DNA of 64,000 nt from Octopus bimaculoides. Lineage: Eukaryota. The DNA is taken from the NCBI RefSeq assembly GCF_001194135.2, contig NC_068982.1, forward strand, positions 55,477,887-55,541,886, written 5' to 3'. Under the pieces are notes generated by a model, which was not told where the DNA came from, did no database searches, and worked only from the letters and a program-made list of their open reading frames with translations. A program made the translations under genes and the position numbers. This document shows positions 26,154 to 41,899 of the stretch, in pieces; positions within the stretch are counted from its first letter, which is position 1, and each line of letters starts with the position of its first letter.

Positions 26154-26209
<56 letters not shown>

Positions 26210-26960
26210 CATATTATAAGGATATAGACACATATACATATATATATATGAGTTCATATACGTATATATGTGCATATATAGCCATAAATATATGAGTGTA
26301 TATAAATATGTGTGTGTGCGCGCGGGAGCGGGCGTGTATATACTCAGTATATATACGGTAACAGTGTTTTGATTCCTGGTTACAAGTTACTCTAGAATAT
26401 ACCTATTGATTTATTACCCAATGCGGTATGCAGCAACGAATCTAAACAATACATATTTACAGTATGTTCGTGGACATAAAAAGATGAAACGGCTGTATAC
26501 ACATTCTAATACAATTCTTCTCGAGAGTTCATAAGCAGCTGTGCACTCTTTTTAACTATCCAAGAACACACGGCTCATAAACTTAATATTTAGAGGCAAA
26601 GTAATTTACTTAACCCTTTCCTGGTAGCTACTGTATTTCCCAGCGTCGCGTCTTCGAGGATGCACCCTAATTTTGACAACCAAAAATTTGAAAAATATTT
26701 TTAAAAATAAGGTCCCGGCACTTCGGGACTATATATANNNNNNNNNNTACTGAGAATTCAGAAATAGCAGCCAAAGAACTACTGATTCCAAAACTACAAA
26801 TTTTACTCTAAATTGATAGCGATATTTTTGATACACACAGAACAAAAAACAGTAGAGAAGAGTAAAAAAACCACTTGCCTTTAGTTAATTTAGTACGTGT
26901 TAATTATTAATTTTATTACTAATTGACGATTCCCTGCCCTGTATATCTATATATATATAT

Positions 26961-27003
<43 letters not shown>

Positions 27004-27012
27004 GATAGATAT

Positions 27013-28680
27013 AAGCCTTACATCATGATAGGGAAGCTAAACCCGAGTCATAGAACCATCACAACAAAAACGAATTCTCCAAAGGAGTATTCAAAACTAG
27101 GAAAATACCCCTACCAAATAGCCACCTAAAAGCCTTTGAAAATTAACTCTGGGATACAATTAAGAGTCTAAAATTCAAGCGACACCCACTAAGGAATGAC
27201 AGCTACCAAAAGAACCTAAAAGACCTACTATATAAGCTAAAATCACAGAACGTAATTATTGTTCACTCGGACAAAACTAGGAATTCTTACACGCTGGAAG
27301 TCAACTTATACCACCAACTGCTACATAAGGAAATCACTAAAAGATATAAATTAGCACCAGATAGCACCAAAGAAATTATGAATGACTACAACTTAGCGGA
27401 CAAAACTGAACCCTTCATGCCATCCAGACCTCGCATCACTATAAAAGACCATAAACCTAACTTCCTAACCGATGCAAAAGTAAGATTAAATTGCCCAAAT
27501 AAATAAGACATATGTAAATTAAGCAAACTAATACTCGATAAATACATCCCTAAGCTAAAAAGTAAAATAACCCTGGAATTATGGTCCAATACATATGAAG
27601 CCATTAACTGGTTCTCCAACATACAGAACAAGAGCAACTACAAATTCATACAGATAGACATTACTCTTCAATTAACTCTATGATCCTCCATAGTGCCCTA
27701 ATATATGCCAAAAATCACACACAATTGAACATGAAGGAAATAAATGTAATATTAGAAGCGAGGAAATCACTTATTAGCTTTGATAACAAACGCTGGGTAC
27801 GTAAAGATACCCCTAACTCATTTGATATCACCATGGGAGCCCTAGATTCAGCACAAGTAACTGACCTGGTAGGCATCTATTTGCTATCATACATGCAGGA
27901 CGAATTCCCGGAACTCAAAGGCGGATTATACAAGGATGACGCTCTCTTCAGAATTAAGAAACCCTCAAATAAGAAACTAGAGCTTATCAAGAAAAAACTA
28001 TATAAATTCTTCAAAACATTTGAACTATCTATCTCTATTGAAAAGGAACACACCTCAAATCATAGACAAACACATAAACGTTAATAATAAAAACAGAATT
28101 ATTTAGGAATAAAATCAGAATAGGTCACAGTTTGACTAATAAATTAGCCACAATAATAGCCTCAATGAATAATAAAAAAGAAACTTGACAAATTCTACGA
28201 AAGTAGAAAGATAGTGAACAATAAAAGTAATAACCGACCAGCCAACCAATTAATAGGACTAAGCCCCCCCCCACTAACGCAACGCCTCCTGCTAACTTAG
28301 GTACAGACCTGAATAATAATTCCCCCCCCCCCCNNNNNNNNNNNNNNNNNNNNNNNNNNNNNNNNNNNNNNNNNNNNNNNNNNNNNNNNNNNNNNNNNNN
28401 NNNNNNNNNCCCCCACAATACAACACGGACGTAGATACACCCAATTATTTATGCGGCTGTAGGGATAGAACAAAGTACCATTTCTCAAATAGATGTAAGA
28501 CAAATAACGTAGTTTACCAATGTGACGTCCGCAGAAACAACCAGACGAAATCATACATAGGTACAACTAAGAACCAAATGATTCTGAGATATACGCATCT
28601 ATCCAGCTTCAGAAACAGGAATAAGGCTAACTCAACAGGGTTAAGTGCATACATTATCCATTGGTAAAAAAATTATCACA
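27013..28680 (+). mobile_element. Penelope-like element 1 (RT + C-terminal GIY-YIG), degraded
   Basis: ORF 27680-28084 has FDITMGALDSAQVTDLVGIYLL and LYKDDAL; 28440-28650 has CGC..C..NNVVYQC-11aa-YIGTT and HLSSFRNR. Confidence 0.85.
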
Positions 28681-28749
28681 ATCTCAATTGGCTGTCTGAA
28701 AGAGCAATACTGGCTCAAATAGAAAACAGCACTGTCAGTAAAATTAATA

Positions 28750-29912
28750 AGCAGCTGTTGTAGTACCTTCTTGGAAGGCCTCACATCTATAAGCCAGTTG
28801 ATACAATCTCAGATCCAGAAGAGGTGGTAAATTATTCAACAGGATTTCTCAATTCGTTGGAGCCTCCAGGACTACGTCCCCACAGATTGGAACTTGAAGT
28901 GGGAACTCCTGTAATGTTATTGAGGAATTTCGATCCACCAACACTCTGCAATAGGACACGTCTGGTAGTAAGAAAGACGATGCCACATGTTGTCGAGGCC
29001 CCCATTCTCTCTGGAATTGAAAAAGGAGAGGATCTTTTCATATCAAGAATTCTTCTCATTCCACTGGGAGCAGAAATACCTTTTCCATTCAGAAGAGTGC
29101 AATTTCCTATTCGCATCAGCTTCGCAAAGTTTATCAACAAATCCCAGGGTCAAACACTGTCTTGGAAGAGTCATTCTTCTCACATGAGCAATTAAATGTT
29201 GGCTGCTCTAGAGTGGAAAGCAAAAAAAATCTATTTGCAATTTGTTCCACGAGGGAAACAACGAATATTGTTTACCGAGCGGTTTTGTAGGAATTACTAC
29301 ATCCTACGATGCGCTCCAGTAGGCAATTCTCTTTGTGAATGGTGAAGATGGATACCATTTCGGCATAATACCAACAAACCCGAAGACTGCATCAACAAAG
29401 CAGTTTCCTGCATGGACTTCAGTATCAAAACATATTCTTCAATTACTCCCACCAGTTTATGTTTCTTATTCTACAGCAATCCAATGTCAGCCCTTCACCT
29501 TCTGCAGCATTTCAACAGTTCACTTTCCCGTTGCTGTCTCCCATTGCAGTCCCTTTCCGGAATATACCCATTTACGTACAATATCTCCATTACACATACA
29601 TTCATTCGACTATCAACCATACAATGGATCATGTTAGACGCAGCGCCAACCGCTACAAACGGGAGTATATCCACTGACAGCTTTTCAGTGTGTTCAAAAA
29701 TCACATACACCCCACCCCCAATTTTTCATGACAGGTTAGGGCCTGGAATACTTCAAACGGACGCAAGATATGTCGTTTAGTTGAATTAGCCCATCATTTA
29801 CTCCACAAATGTTTTGTTGTCAATGCTTTCCCATATCACATGTTTCAACATAACTAATATGTATACAAACTATGCCATTTTAATCCCGAGCAATGCCAGG
29901 CATTTCTGCTAA
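28750..29912 (+). mobile_element. Helitron remnant: PIF1-type helicase C-terminus, short Rep-region piece, 3' hairpin
   Basis: ORF 28824-29195 has GTPVMLLRN..LCNRTRL..RVQFPIRISFAKFINKSQGQTL; YDALQ..NGEDGYHF near 29305; 3' end CCCGAGCAATGCCAGG..CTGCTAA. Confidence 0.85.
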
Positions 29913-30050
29913 TACATACTAACACTCATCACATATATATCTACAAAATGAAACTTGAAACGTTGATAAAGAATTCATGTACGTGCCCAGTAATTATTTT
30001 GCCTGACGTTGAATACTGATATAATCGTAGACCTGTTTTTTTTTTTATGA

Positions 30051-30122
30051 AAGTCGTGAGGAAATAAAGTCGTGAGGAAATAAAGTCGTGAGGAAATAAA
30101 GTCGTGAGGAAATAAAGTCGTG
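30051..30122. repeat. 16-bp tandem repeat AAGTCGTGAGGAAATA x4.5, probably a subterminal repeat of a DNA transposon end
   Basis: Direct reading; followed by GTGCGGAGCAC. A similar subterminal-repeat end (CTTTTGTCC x4, ending GATCCC) lies at about 25075-25140. Confidence 0.75.
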
Positions 30123-30599
30123 CGGAGCACACAGGTATAAGTATACTAATATATCTTTTAACTTGTTTCAGTAATTTAGACTGTGGCCATGCTGAGATGC
30201 TGTGTTGAAGAATTTTAGCAGAACGAAGTGACTCAAGTGCTTATATTTTAAAACCTGGAGCTTATTCTCTTAGTCTCTTTTGCCGAACCGCTAAGTTATG
30301 GAGACGTAAAGAATCAACACTGGCTGTCAAGTGCAGGTGGGCACGGACACACACACACACACCGTCGGTAAAACATAAATCCGAAAAAGAAACACACTCT
30401 AAGTTAAAGAGCAGTATATGATACAAATAAAGTTATATGAGGCCAGTTTATGGAATTACATTGAGTATCACATCCATAAAGCGCTAAGCATTAAGGCGTA
30501 TCATCAGATCCAAAAGCCTATTTGCTTAAGGCTTCTGTTGCGAGTGGCCTCTCTAGAATGTGGAGAAGGCAAGGACCTCGCTACTCAATGTCAACAACA

Positions 30600-33030
30600 G
30601 GGGATTGGCTCCCTTTAGCTATTGATCGCAAGTGACCCTATTATCTTGTGGGTTCCAATAGGCCAGTAGGAATTTCCCGAAATGTAAACACGGTCCAAAG
30701 ACTTCTATTCTGGAGTTAAGGATGTCTCCCGGGTTGAAGGAGTCCTTTAGAATTCTCACCTGTTCCGCTATGCATAGTTTACAACGCTTGGTCCCGTTTA
30801 TGTAGGGGCCTGGATTTTCTAGGATTCTCCATTCTATTGTGTATGAAATCACATCGTCTTTCAACTGCCATACATGGCTAGCTAGTGACGTAACGTATCT
30901 CCTTTCCGGTATCCTGAAGGAGGATCTGTGGTTGGAGAGGTGTTGTTTGAATGTGCTACTGGAGCAACCGATCTATCTCTGTCGTCGAGTGTTGGTGATG
31001 CTGTGTCTGCTGGTGTTGGCGTTGCTGCTACAGCTGTTGTTGGTACTGGCACTGTTGGTGTTGGCGTCATTGGAGGAGGCGATGATATTGGTGCCATCAC
31101 TACTGGTGTTGGTAATGGTGCTGTTGTTGTTATGTTGTTGTTATCATCGTCGTCACTACTGTTATAGATATCACTGGCAATGGCTCTATTTCTATTTCCG
31201 TTAGGGAGACTGCCATTGCTGTCGTTGTTGTTATTGTTGTTGTCGCTGATGATGGTGCTGCTATTGGGACAGTCGAGCCTGCTACTGTAGTAGCCGTTGG
31301 GGAAGCTACCGATGTTGCTGCTGCCGTTAGGGATACTGCCATTGCTGCAGTTGATATTGTATTGTTGTTACCGCTGGTTCAGTTCGTGTCTCTGTTACTG
31401 CTACTATTGGTACTGTCGTCCCTGCTACTGTAGAGGCTGTTGGAGGAGCTGCTGATGTTTCTGCTGCTATTATGGGTCGGCCAGCATCTCAGCTTCATAG
31501 ACGACTCCCTTAGTTTCGCAGTGGCCTCTCACTGGGCATCTTTTGTGGTTCTTGCATGAGCATCCTGTCTCCGCCCGTGGTCTAGGGGTGCTAACTAGAA
31601 TGCTCTTAATATTGGGGGAATAACTAAAAGAGACCCTAAGGTTGTACCTGTTGAAAATGGGTGCGTACCTATGTGAACGTTTGAAATGTTTATCTATTAA
31701 CTTAAGGAATATCCTACCTACAGACGTTTTTAATTTAAGAGAGAAGAGGGAAAACCAAATGATTATTCTGCGACGCTTCCTTTTACAGATGTTGGGGCAC
31801 GGCATTTAGGAGATGTAGTCCCTAAATCTGTTAGCAGCTAGAGCCTCGTTATAGCAGGGGATTGTTGCATCAAAAATCTCTTGGCTAGAGGAAAGGTTCG
31901 TGATCTTCTTGCTAACACCCTTCACCAGGTTTTCGAATACAATGGATGGTGATAGGAGGCTGTGTTGAAGTACGTTAGTTTTTCATTTGGCTTGCGGTAT
32001 GTACTGTATGTACTGGAGCCCAAGTCGAAGGTCTAAGAAGTCCGCGGTGGTGAGATTGGTCTCGATGGTATCTTTCAGTCCCATGGAACCAAGTGTGCTA
32101 ATTAGATCTTTCGTAAGCCTATCTAGGGTGTGCCCGTTTACTCCTCTAGAGATGGTCAGGGCGGCATCTCTGTAGTCACCAAAGAGGACAGAGGGGAACT
32201 TTTTCTTATGGGTATCAATGATATACAACCCGATGAGGTTATATACATCAGCACTGTCGTAGACCCCCATCGCTATGTCAAAGGAGCCCGCGGGGTCAGA
32301 CTGCTTGACCCAAGCCGAACCTTTATTAAACAGCACTGTTTTTCTGGCGTGCATAATGACATATATATCCCTGTCGTTAATGCCAAGCGCCTTGACAAGT
32401 GACCCTTTTGATATTGACGAGTAAAAATCGACTATGTCAAACTGAATGAATCTTGCTCAGCTTCTCCCCTTGTTGGTATTAAACCATGCAGTCACCTCGT
32501 TGGTGCTATACCATAAGGAAAGGTTGATGGCTCTCTCTATGTCGTTATTGATGTTTCTCAATATATGCTTGCTCGCTAGACCGATTTCGGATTTGGCCGG
32601 ATTAATCGGGCGGCATTTAGGGTTTCTGGCAAAGTTCGATTTATAGTCTTTGATGGTAATAAAGACGTTCCTTTTAGCTGAGATCTCTACCCTATCAGCT
32701 ATATCTAAGTCGTTGGCTAATTGTTTGGCTTCACTGTTGTTGTTGTATATGTGTGGGGAAGCGCGCCTATAATTCCGTGTAATATTGTTTTCTAGCTACC
32801 TATCATAATTAAGAGTGTCTATCCTATATAGATTTTTAATCTTATGTAGGGAAATTAGGGACCTATCCGAATTTTTTTTTTTTTTAGCAAACTAATGTCG
32901 GTACGGAGCTTACATTGGAAGACGCAAGAGAACTTATGGAATTTTAGCTTGGGAATGATGCCCAGTAGGTCCACTTCGAGGTCCTTGAGCTTGGGTGGGT
33001 ATTTCCTAAATTTGATTCCTTAGGTGCTGC
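30600..33030 (-). mobile_element. Penelope-like element 2, most of the ORF present but disrupted; GIY-YIG split by a long low-complexity insert
   Basis: FIQFDIVDFYSSI, FDIAMGVYDSADVYNLIG, YRDAAL, DFLDL, IIWFS, CSC..CPVRGHC..GVVYEA, *IGCSSSTFKQ..HRSSFR, CKLCIAEQ, CLH. Confidence 0.88.
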
Positions 33031-33279
33031 ACTTCGGTAACTGCTTTTGGGACAACAGAGAAAAGGGAAACAACAGAACACTCCTAAAAATGTATGTCTG
33101 TATGTCTCTGTGTGTATATGTGTGCTTGTGTGTGTGTGTTTGTGTGTGTGAGTGTGTATAAGTATAAGTGTATATAAATATAAAGAGATTGATAAAAAAA
33201 ATGTTATTGTCTCTAGGAAATCTTTCTTTCAATGCATGACTGAGCTTGACCTTGGCTTGACCAATAGCGGTTAAAGGTA

Positions 33280-33336
<57 letters not shown>

Positions 33337-34149
33337 TTGTACTTTTTAGTGAGTCTTTGAAAAACTGGTCATATTTTATAAAGCAAGTAAGTAAAGAAAA
33401 CTTTTTAATTTAGTTTTAATTATAAAATCACATCTCTTAACAGCTAAAAGCATTTTGTTTTCAACTTTAGAATTATTGCATATTAGCTGGCCCCGTGCCG
33501 TCAAGAATGATGGCTAATTGTAGTATTTTATATATAAATATGGATGGTAAATCAAATTAATACACTTGTCAATGTTCACATACATTCACATTCTTCCCTT
33601 CTACACGCTCACATACACACATATACTCACACAGAGTTGAAACGCTGTTTGATTTGTCTTTTCAGCGTTGAATGTTCTCTATCGTTGAATGTTCTCTATC
33701 GAACCTTTTTTTTTTTTTTTTCATATATTTTTGGTTGTTCTGTCAAACACTTTGAAATTACTATATGGAAGCGGGGTAAAATTGGTAACTGGGTCAAAAT
33801 AAATCATTTCTGATTTCTTGTTATTTTCTCTCATTTTGTACCATTGCATCATCTTTGGAAGTAAAATTTGGTCAGTATAAGTTATGTAGTTGGGATTAAA
33901 AATTGGTCAGTATAGTTTACATAGCTGTTGTAGCTGAGAGTTTGAAATATAGGTGACACGTACTATTTTCAAGAAATTTTTCCTCAAATTTGACCCAATT
34001 GTAATTGAGGTAGTTAATAAAATATATGGATTATCTTTGGCGAAGAAGCTATAGTGAAGAAGCTATAGTAAAGAACATTTTATGTTGAGCTTTTAGATTT
34101 AGTTGAGTTTCATTAATTTCATATTATACTCTTTACTCTTTACTCTTTT

Positions 34150-34530
34150 ACTTGTTTCAGTCATTTAACTGCGGCCATGCTGGAGCACCGCCTTTAGTCG
34201 AGCAAATCGACCCCAGGACTTATTCTTTGTAAACCTAGTACTTATTCTATCGGTCTCTTTTGCCGAACCGCTAAGTTACGGGGACGTAAACACACCAGCA
34301 TTGGTTGTCAAGCGATGTTGGGGGACAAACACAGACACGCAAACACATATATATATATATACATATATACGACAGGCTTCTTCACTTTCCGTCTACCAAA
34401 TCCACTCACAAGGCTTTGGTCGGCCCGAGGCTATAGTAGAAGACACTTGCCCAAGATGCCACGCAGTGGGAATGAACCCGGAACCATGTGGTTGGTAAGC
34501 AAGCTACTTACCACACAGCCACTTCTGCGC
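34150..34530 (-). mobile_element. Full-length tRNA-derived SINE, family of 1683-2080
   Basis: Complete from (TTTACTC)n tail to CCACACAGCCAC head. Confidence 0.85.
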
Positions 34531-35039
34531 CTATTATGTGCTATTTTTCCATAAACCTCTTTCATTTGACCAAAATATTTAAAATTTTGTTGCATTTCTG
34601 ATCTCTGAGGATGGATGTTTATGTGTATGACTCGTTTTTTTCAAATTTAATTCTGGAGAACTGGAATGGTATATTCACCTTGTCTTGTTTTGCCCATTTT
34701 GCCCCGCCTAAGTTTGTCTTTTATGTTCTCAAAGAGAACAGTAATAATTTTCTGAAATAGTGTTCTGAATATGTATAGTTTTGGCAAGGTGGTGAACATT
34801 TAAAACATATATATTTTCTTCAGAGTCAAAAATCCAGTAAATATTACTCATTGTACCCCCACCTACTCTTACTGGAAACTGTCGGGGTTTCCTCCGCTTT
34901 GTTTGTTTTTGTTTTTTTACACATTTCAAAACAATGAAGGGAAACTGTTTTAAAAGAAGAATTTTTAAAATCCATGTCGTTTAAATGTTGGTATCTCTAC
35001 CCCACCTCTTTCTTTCTCCCCCCCCCCCNNNNNNNNNNN

Positions 35040-35072
<33 letters not shown>

Positions 35073-35562
35073 GCTCATCATGCCTTTGGAACGGCAACAA
35101 CTACAAAAATGATTTTTTTTTTTTCTTTTTTCGTTATTTTCTTTCATTTTATCTTATTGTACATTCTGAAACATATGTAACTCACATTAAAAGAAAATAA
35201 TCTTACTCCCGCTATTCCTTCCTTCAGAACACAGAAATCACAAATAAATCCTCACTGAAATTAAGTGTAACGTATTTTCTGTTCGTTTTCCATAATTTTA
35301 CTGAATTTTTCATTTCTTATCAATTTTGTAATGTACTCTGTAATGAGAATTGGAAAAAAAAAAATCGCGAATGTTTGAAGTTTCCCAAATTGATTTCATT
35401 CTTGTCTCTTCCATATCTGACAAACATCGATTTCTATTTGCTAAACTGTAAACTATGATAAAAATTTCTCTGGTGAACTCAAAATCTATTTCGTTAATTT
35501 AAAAGTTTCTATTTTATTCATTTGATATAAAACCGGAATGTAACGAATAATAAACAAGTTAT

Positions 35563-35679
35563 GCTCTACTTTAGAGTGCAGTCTACCGCAGTATCCATAG
35601 TCTACACCGTGAAATAACCTGATCTGGGTTAGGGTTTAAAGTTAGAGGTCAGAGTTAGACAGCATGCTAAAGTGGCACC
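35563..35679. mobile_element. Old small TIR element with decayed TTAGGG units
   Basis: Arms share ACTTTAG..TGC.GTCTA; flanks CAAGTTAT / TAAGTTAC; core GGGTTAGGGTTTAAAGTTAGAGGTCAGAGTTAG. Confidence 0.45.
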
Positions 35680-36533
35680 TAAGTTACATCTTATATATAA
35701 AAAATGCTAATTTACATAACGTTTACAAAAAATTAGTATTGACTTTCTATCGGTTCAAGTTATATGCTTAGCAAGATATATGCAAATACATGACTTTGAA
35801 AGTGTTTATTTGTCGTTGAAAAAAGAATTGTCCATTAGTACCGCCATTGAACAATTGTGTGAGATGTGTCTTCAGATTTTTGTTCATTTCCAAACTTGAT
35901 TTGTGGCTTAGTTAATCGAATACTGACCTATTTAACCACACACACACACACACACACACACATGTTCCTAACTCATCACTAATGCTATGTACGCTATATA
36001 CACTCCCTAATAAAAATATGTTCAAATTAATGATCTAATCTTTCAGTTGAAATAGAAGTGAAATGCAACTTGCCCTTCACATTATATAAAGGGGTTATGA
36101 GATAATTTATATATGTAGGTCACAACCTAATTGGAGTACCATACTTCCAGTTACTTTACCTCTTTTATTCATTTTAACATTCAGCTTCAGTATAGAAATA
36201 CAAACCTCAGAAAAATATTTTTAGCATGACCTCTCTGTATATAAGTAAGCTCGTGAAATTTCTCTATATTTAAAAAAAAAAGAAAAAGTTTCTATCTATA
36301 TTGCAAAACTTACAAGTTCTCAACAAAATCATTTACAGTATAAAATAGTTTACTGATGAATGATCTTGCGATTCTGAAATCATATATCGCAAAATGTCAT
36401 CCTGCATTTTCACACTTTCAGAATAACAATTTTTTTTTTTAAAGAGAAAAATGTATCAATATTTGATGAGCTTCACGATCCAGTTGTACGAGAATTTGAT
36501 ACAAAATAATATTTTATTCTATTTTATTTCCAA

Positions 36534-40055
<3,522 letters not shown>

Positions 40056-40212
40056 GGAAGCTTACTGAAGTTTTTTCTCGAATACATACACTAACGTTTC
40101 ACGTTTTACCATTCAGAAGAAATATGGAGAGGTTCTCAGTTGTTACGTATTTGTGCGAAGAAATATTCTGTCTTTGATAACCAATCTTTAATAACCAATC
40201 TTTAATAACCAA

Positions 40213-40261
<49 letters not shown>

Positions 40262-40320
40262 NNNNNNNNNNNNNNNNNNNNNNNNNNNNNNNNNNNNNNN
40301 NNNNNNNNNNNNNNNNNNNN

Positions 40321-40366
<46 letters not shown>

Positions 40367-41899
40367 ATATGTAAGCTCGAAAATTACCAATTTTTCAGTA
40401 CATTTTGAAGCTAAAATTATTAATTTTCAACGCTAAATAGCACAGCAATATTAGAAAAATTAATATCTATTTTGTAACTGCGAAAACATGGATAAATTAC
40501 CTATGAACTTTGACATGGTCGGAAATTGAAATGTCGATACAAAAGGTAGAGAAAACAGATATGAAAAGACAAATTTAAATAGAACTTTCACACATGGCAG
40601 ATGGAACCTAAGCCAACTTAATTATATTTCAGAAGAAAATGGCGCCTAATAATCAAGTTAAAAACTTGATGACTATTTCTTTGTATCATTCCATGATATT
40701 GGGAAAATAGCATACAATATACTCAGTTCTATAGCAAGTATATTCCCAGTATTGATAAGACTTTTTGCCTGTATTCACCCACAAATTCCAGACAAAAACA
40801 TTTTGTGCGTAAAACTGAAGTTCATCACACAGGAATTACTGTCATGTAACCGGTGTTCATAACCTTCGCAGTTTACTGTTTTTCCTGTCATGTGATACCT
40901 GAGGATAGTAAGTTCTGTTGTTTTCAATAGCTACAAGATCGCCTACGGTCATAAAAAAAAATCAAAAGATTACAGAGTGTGGGGAGGGAGCAAAAACTGT
41001 GAAAACTTACATTTTGAAAAATTGTAATGTATGATGTTTAATGTATGAATACAAAGATATTTAAAAAAGACAAAAATAAGAAAGTTGTGGGAAGTGAGAG
41101 GGAGTAAGAATTTAAAATTTTGAAAAAACAATTTTTTTTGTTTCAGATTGTAATTTCAGTTGCTTGAATCAGCAAAACTAAATAAATAATTAATCTTTGG
41201 TTTTAGGTGCAGATATTTGTACCTAAAACTAGCGCCAGCAAATAAAGAAAACAAAATTTATTTTATCGCTGACTGCATACTCCAAAAGGGAGGACATGAG
41301 CTGAAAACAATGTAACAAATACACTATTATGCACCAAATAAATGGCAGGAGAAAAATAATAGTTAAAATGATCTTTATTTTAACGTTACAATATAAGAAA
41401 CAACTCCTTCGAGTAGTTTTACAAAGATTAGTTGAAGTTCAATTATCTGTTTCTAAGGTAGCTGTTTTCATCTTGCGTTGACTGCTAGAAGACGGATGGA
41501 AGAAGGGGAGAGAAACAGTAATAGAATTTATCTCACTGGGTTAACGAGTAGAGAGGCTGGACGTTGTATGTTCCCTTGGTGACATGTCATTACCGAAATG
41601 TTCCTTTGACCAGACACCAGATGCAAGAGAGAGAACTGAATTTGGTCCTATTTATATTTTCCTACTAAACAAGAGATTTTTCATTTGTTATCTGCTTTGA
41701 ATTAAATTTGATGCGAGATTGTCACGTGTTAATAGTTGACTCTCATAAATTTCTTAGTGCTAATGCTGAAATAATTGGAAGGTACTCATAGAAAAATCTA
41801 GTCTGGATTTGGAATCATGGCTAAGAATCCAGGAAGTGCTTCTCTTCACACCGATGTGCACGGTATTTACTGTTTTGACTCTTGAACAAAATACAATTG

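Noticed and set aside
21570-26730. The 600-bp direct repeats as LTRs of a retrotransposon
   Set aside because: No TG..CA ends, TSD, PBS/PPT or gag-pol traces between them
30051-30122. CRISPR-like array
   Set aside because: 16-bp units are contiguous with no spacers; eukaryotic context and no cas genes
30440-30560. Hammerhead ribozyme at the PLE 3' end (CTGATGA on the minus strand, 30501-30507)
   Set aside because: No GAAA core after a plausible stem II and no canonical stem III; would need an Infernal or RNAMotif hit
30839-31342. Independent mucin-like or membrane-protein ORFs
   Set aside because: Embedded between GIY and YIG of the PLE and open in several frames because of triplet low complexity
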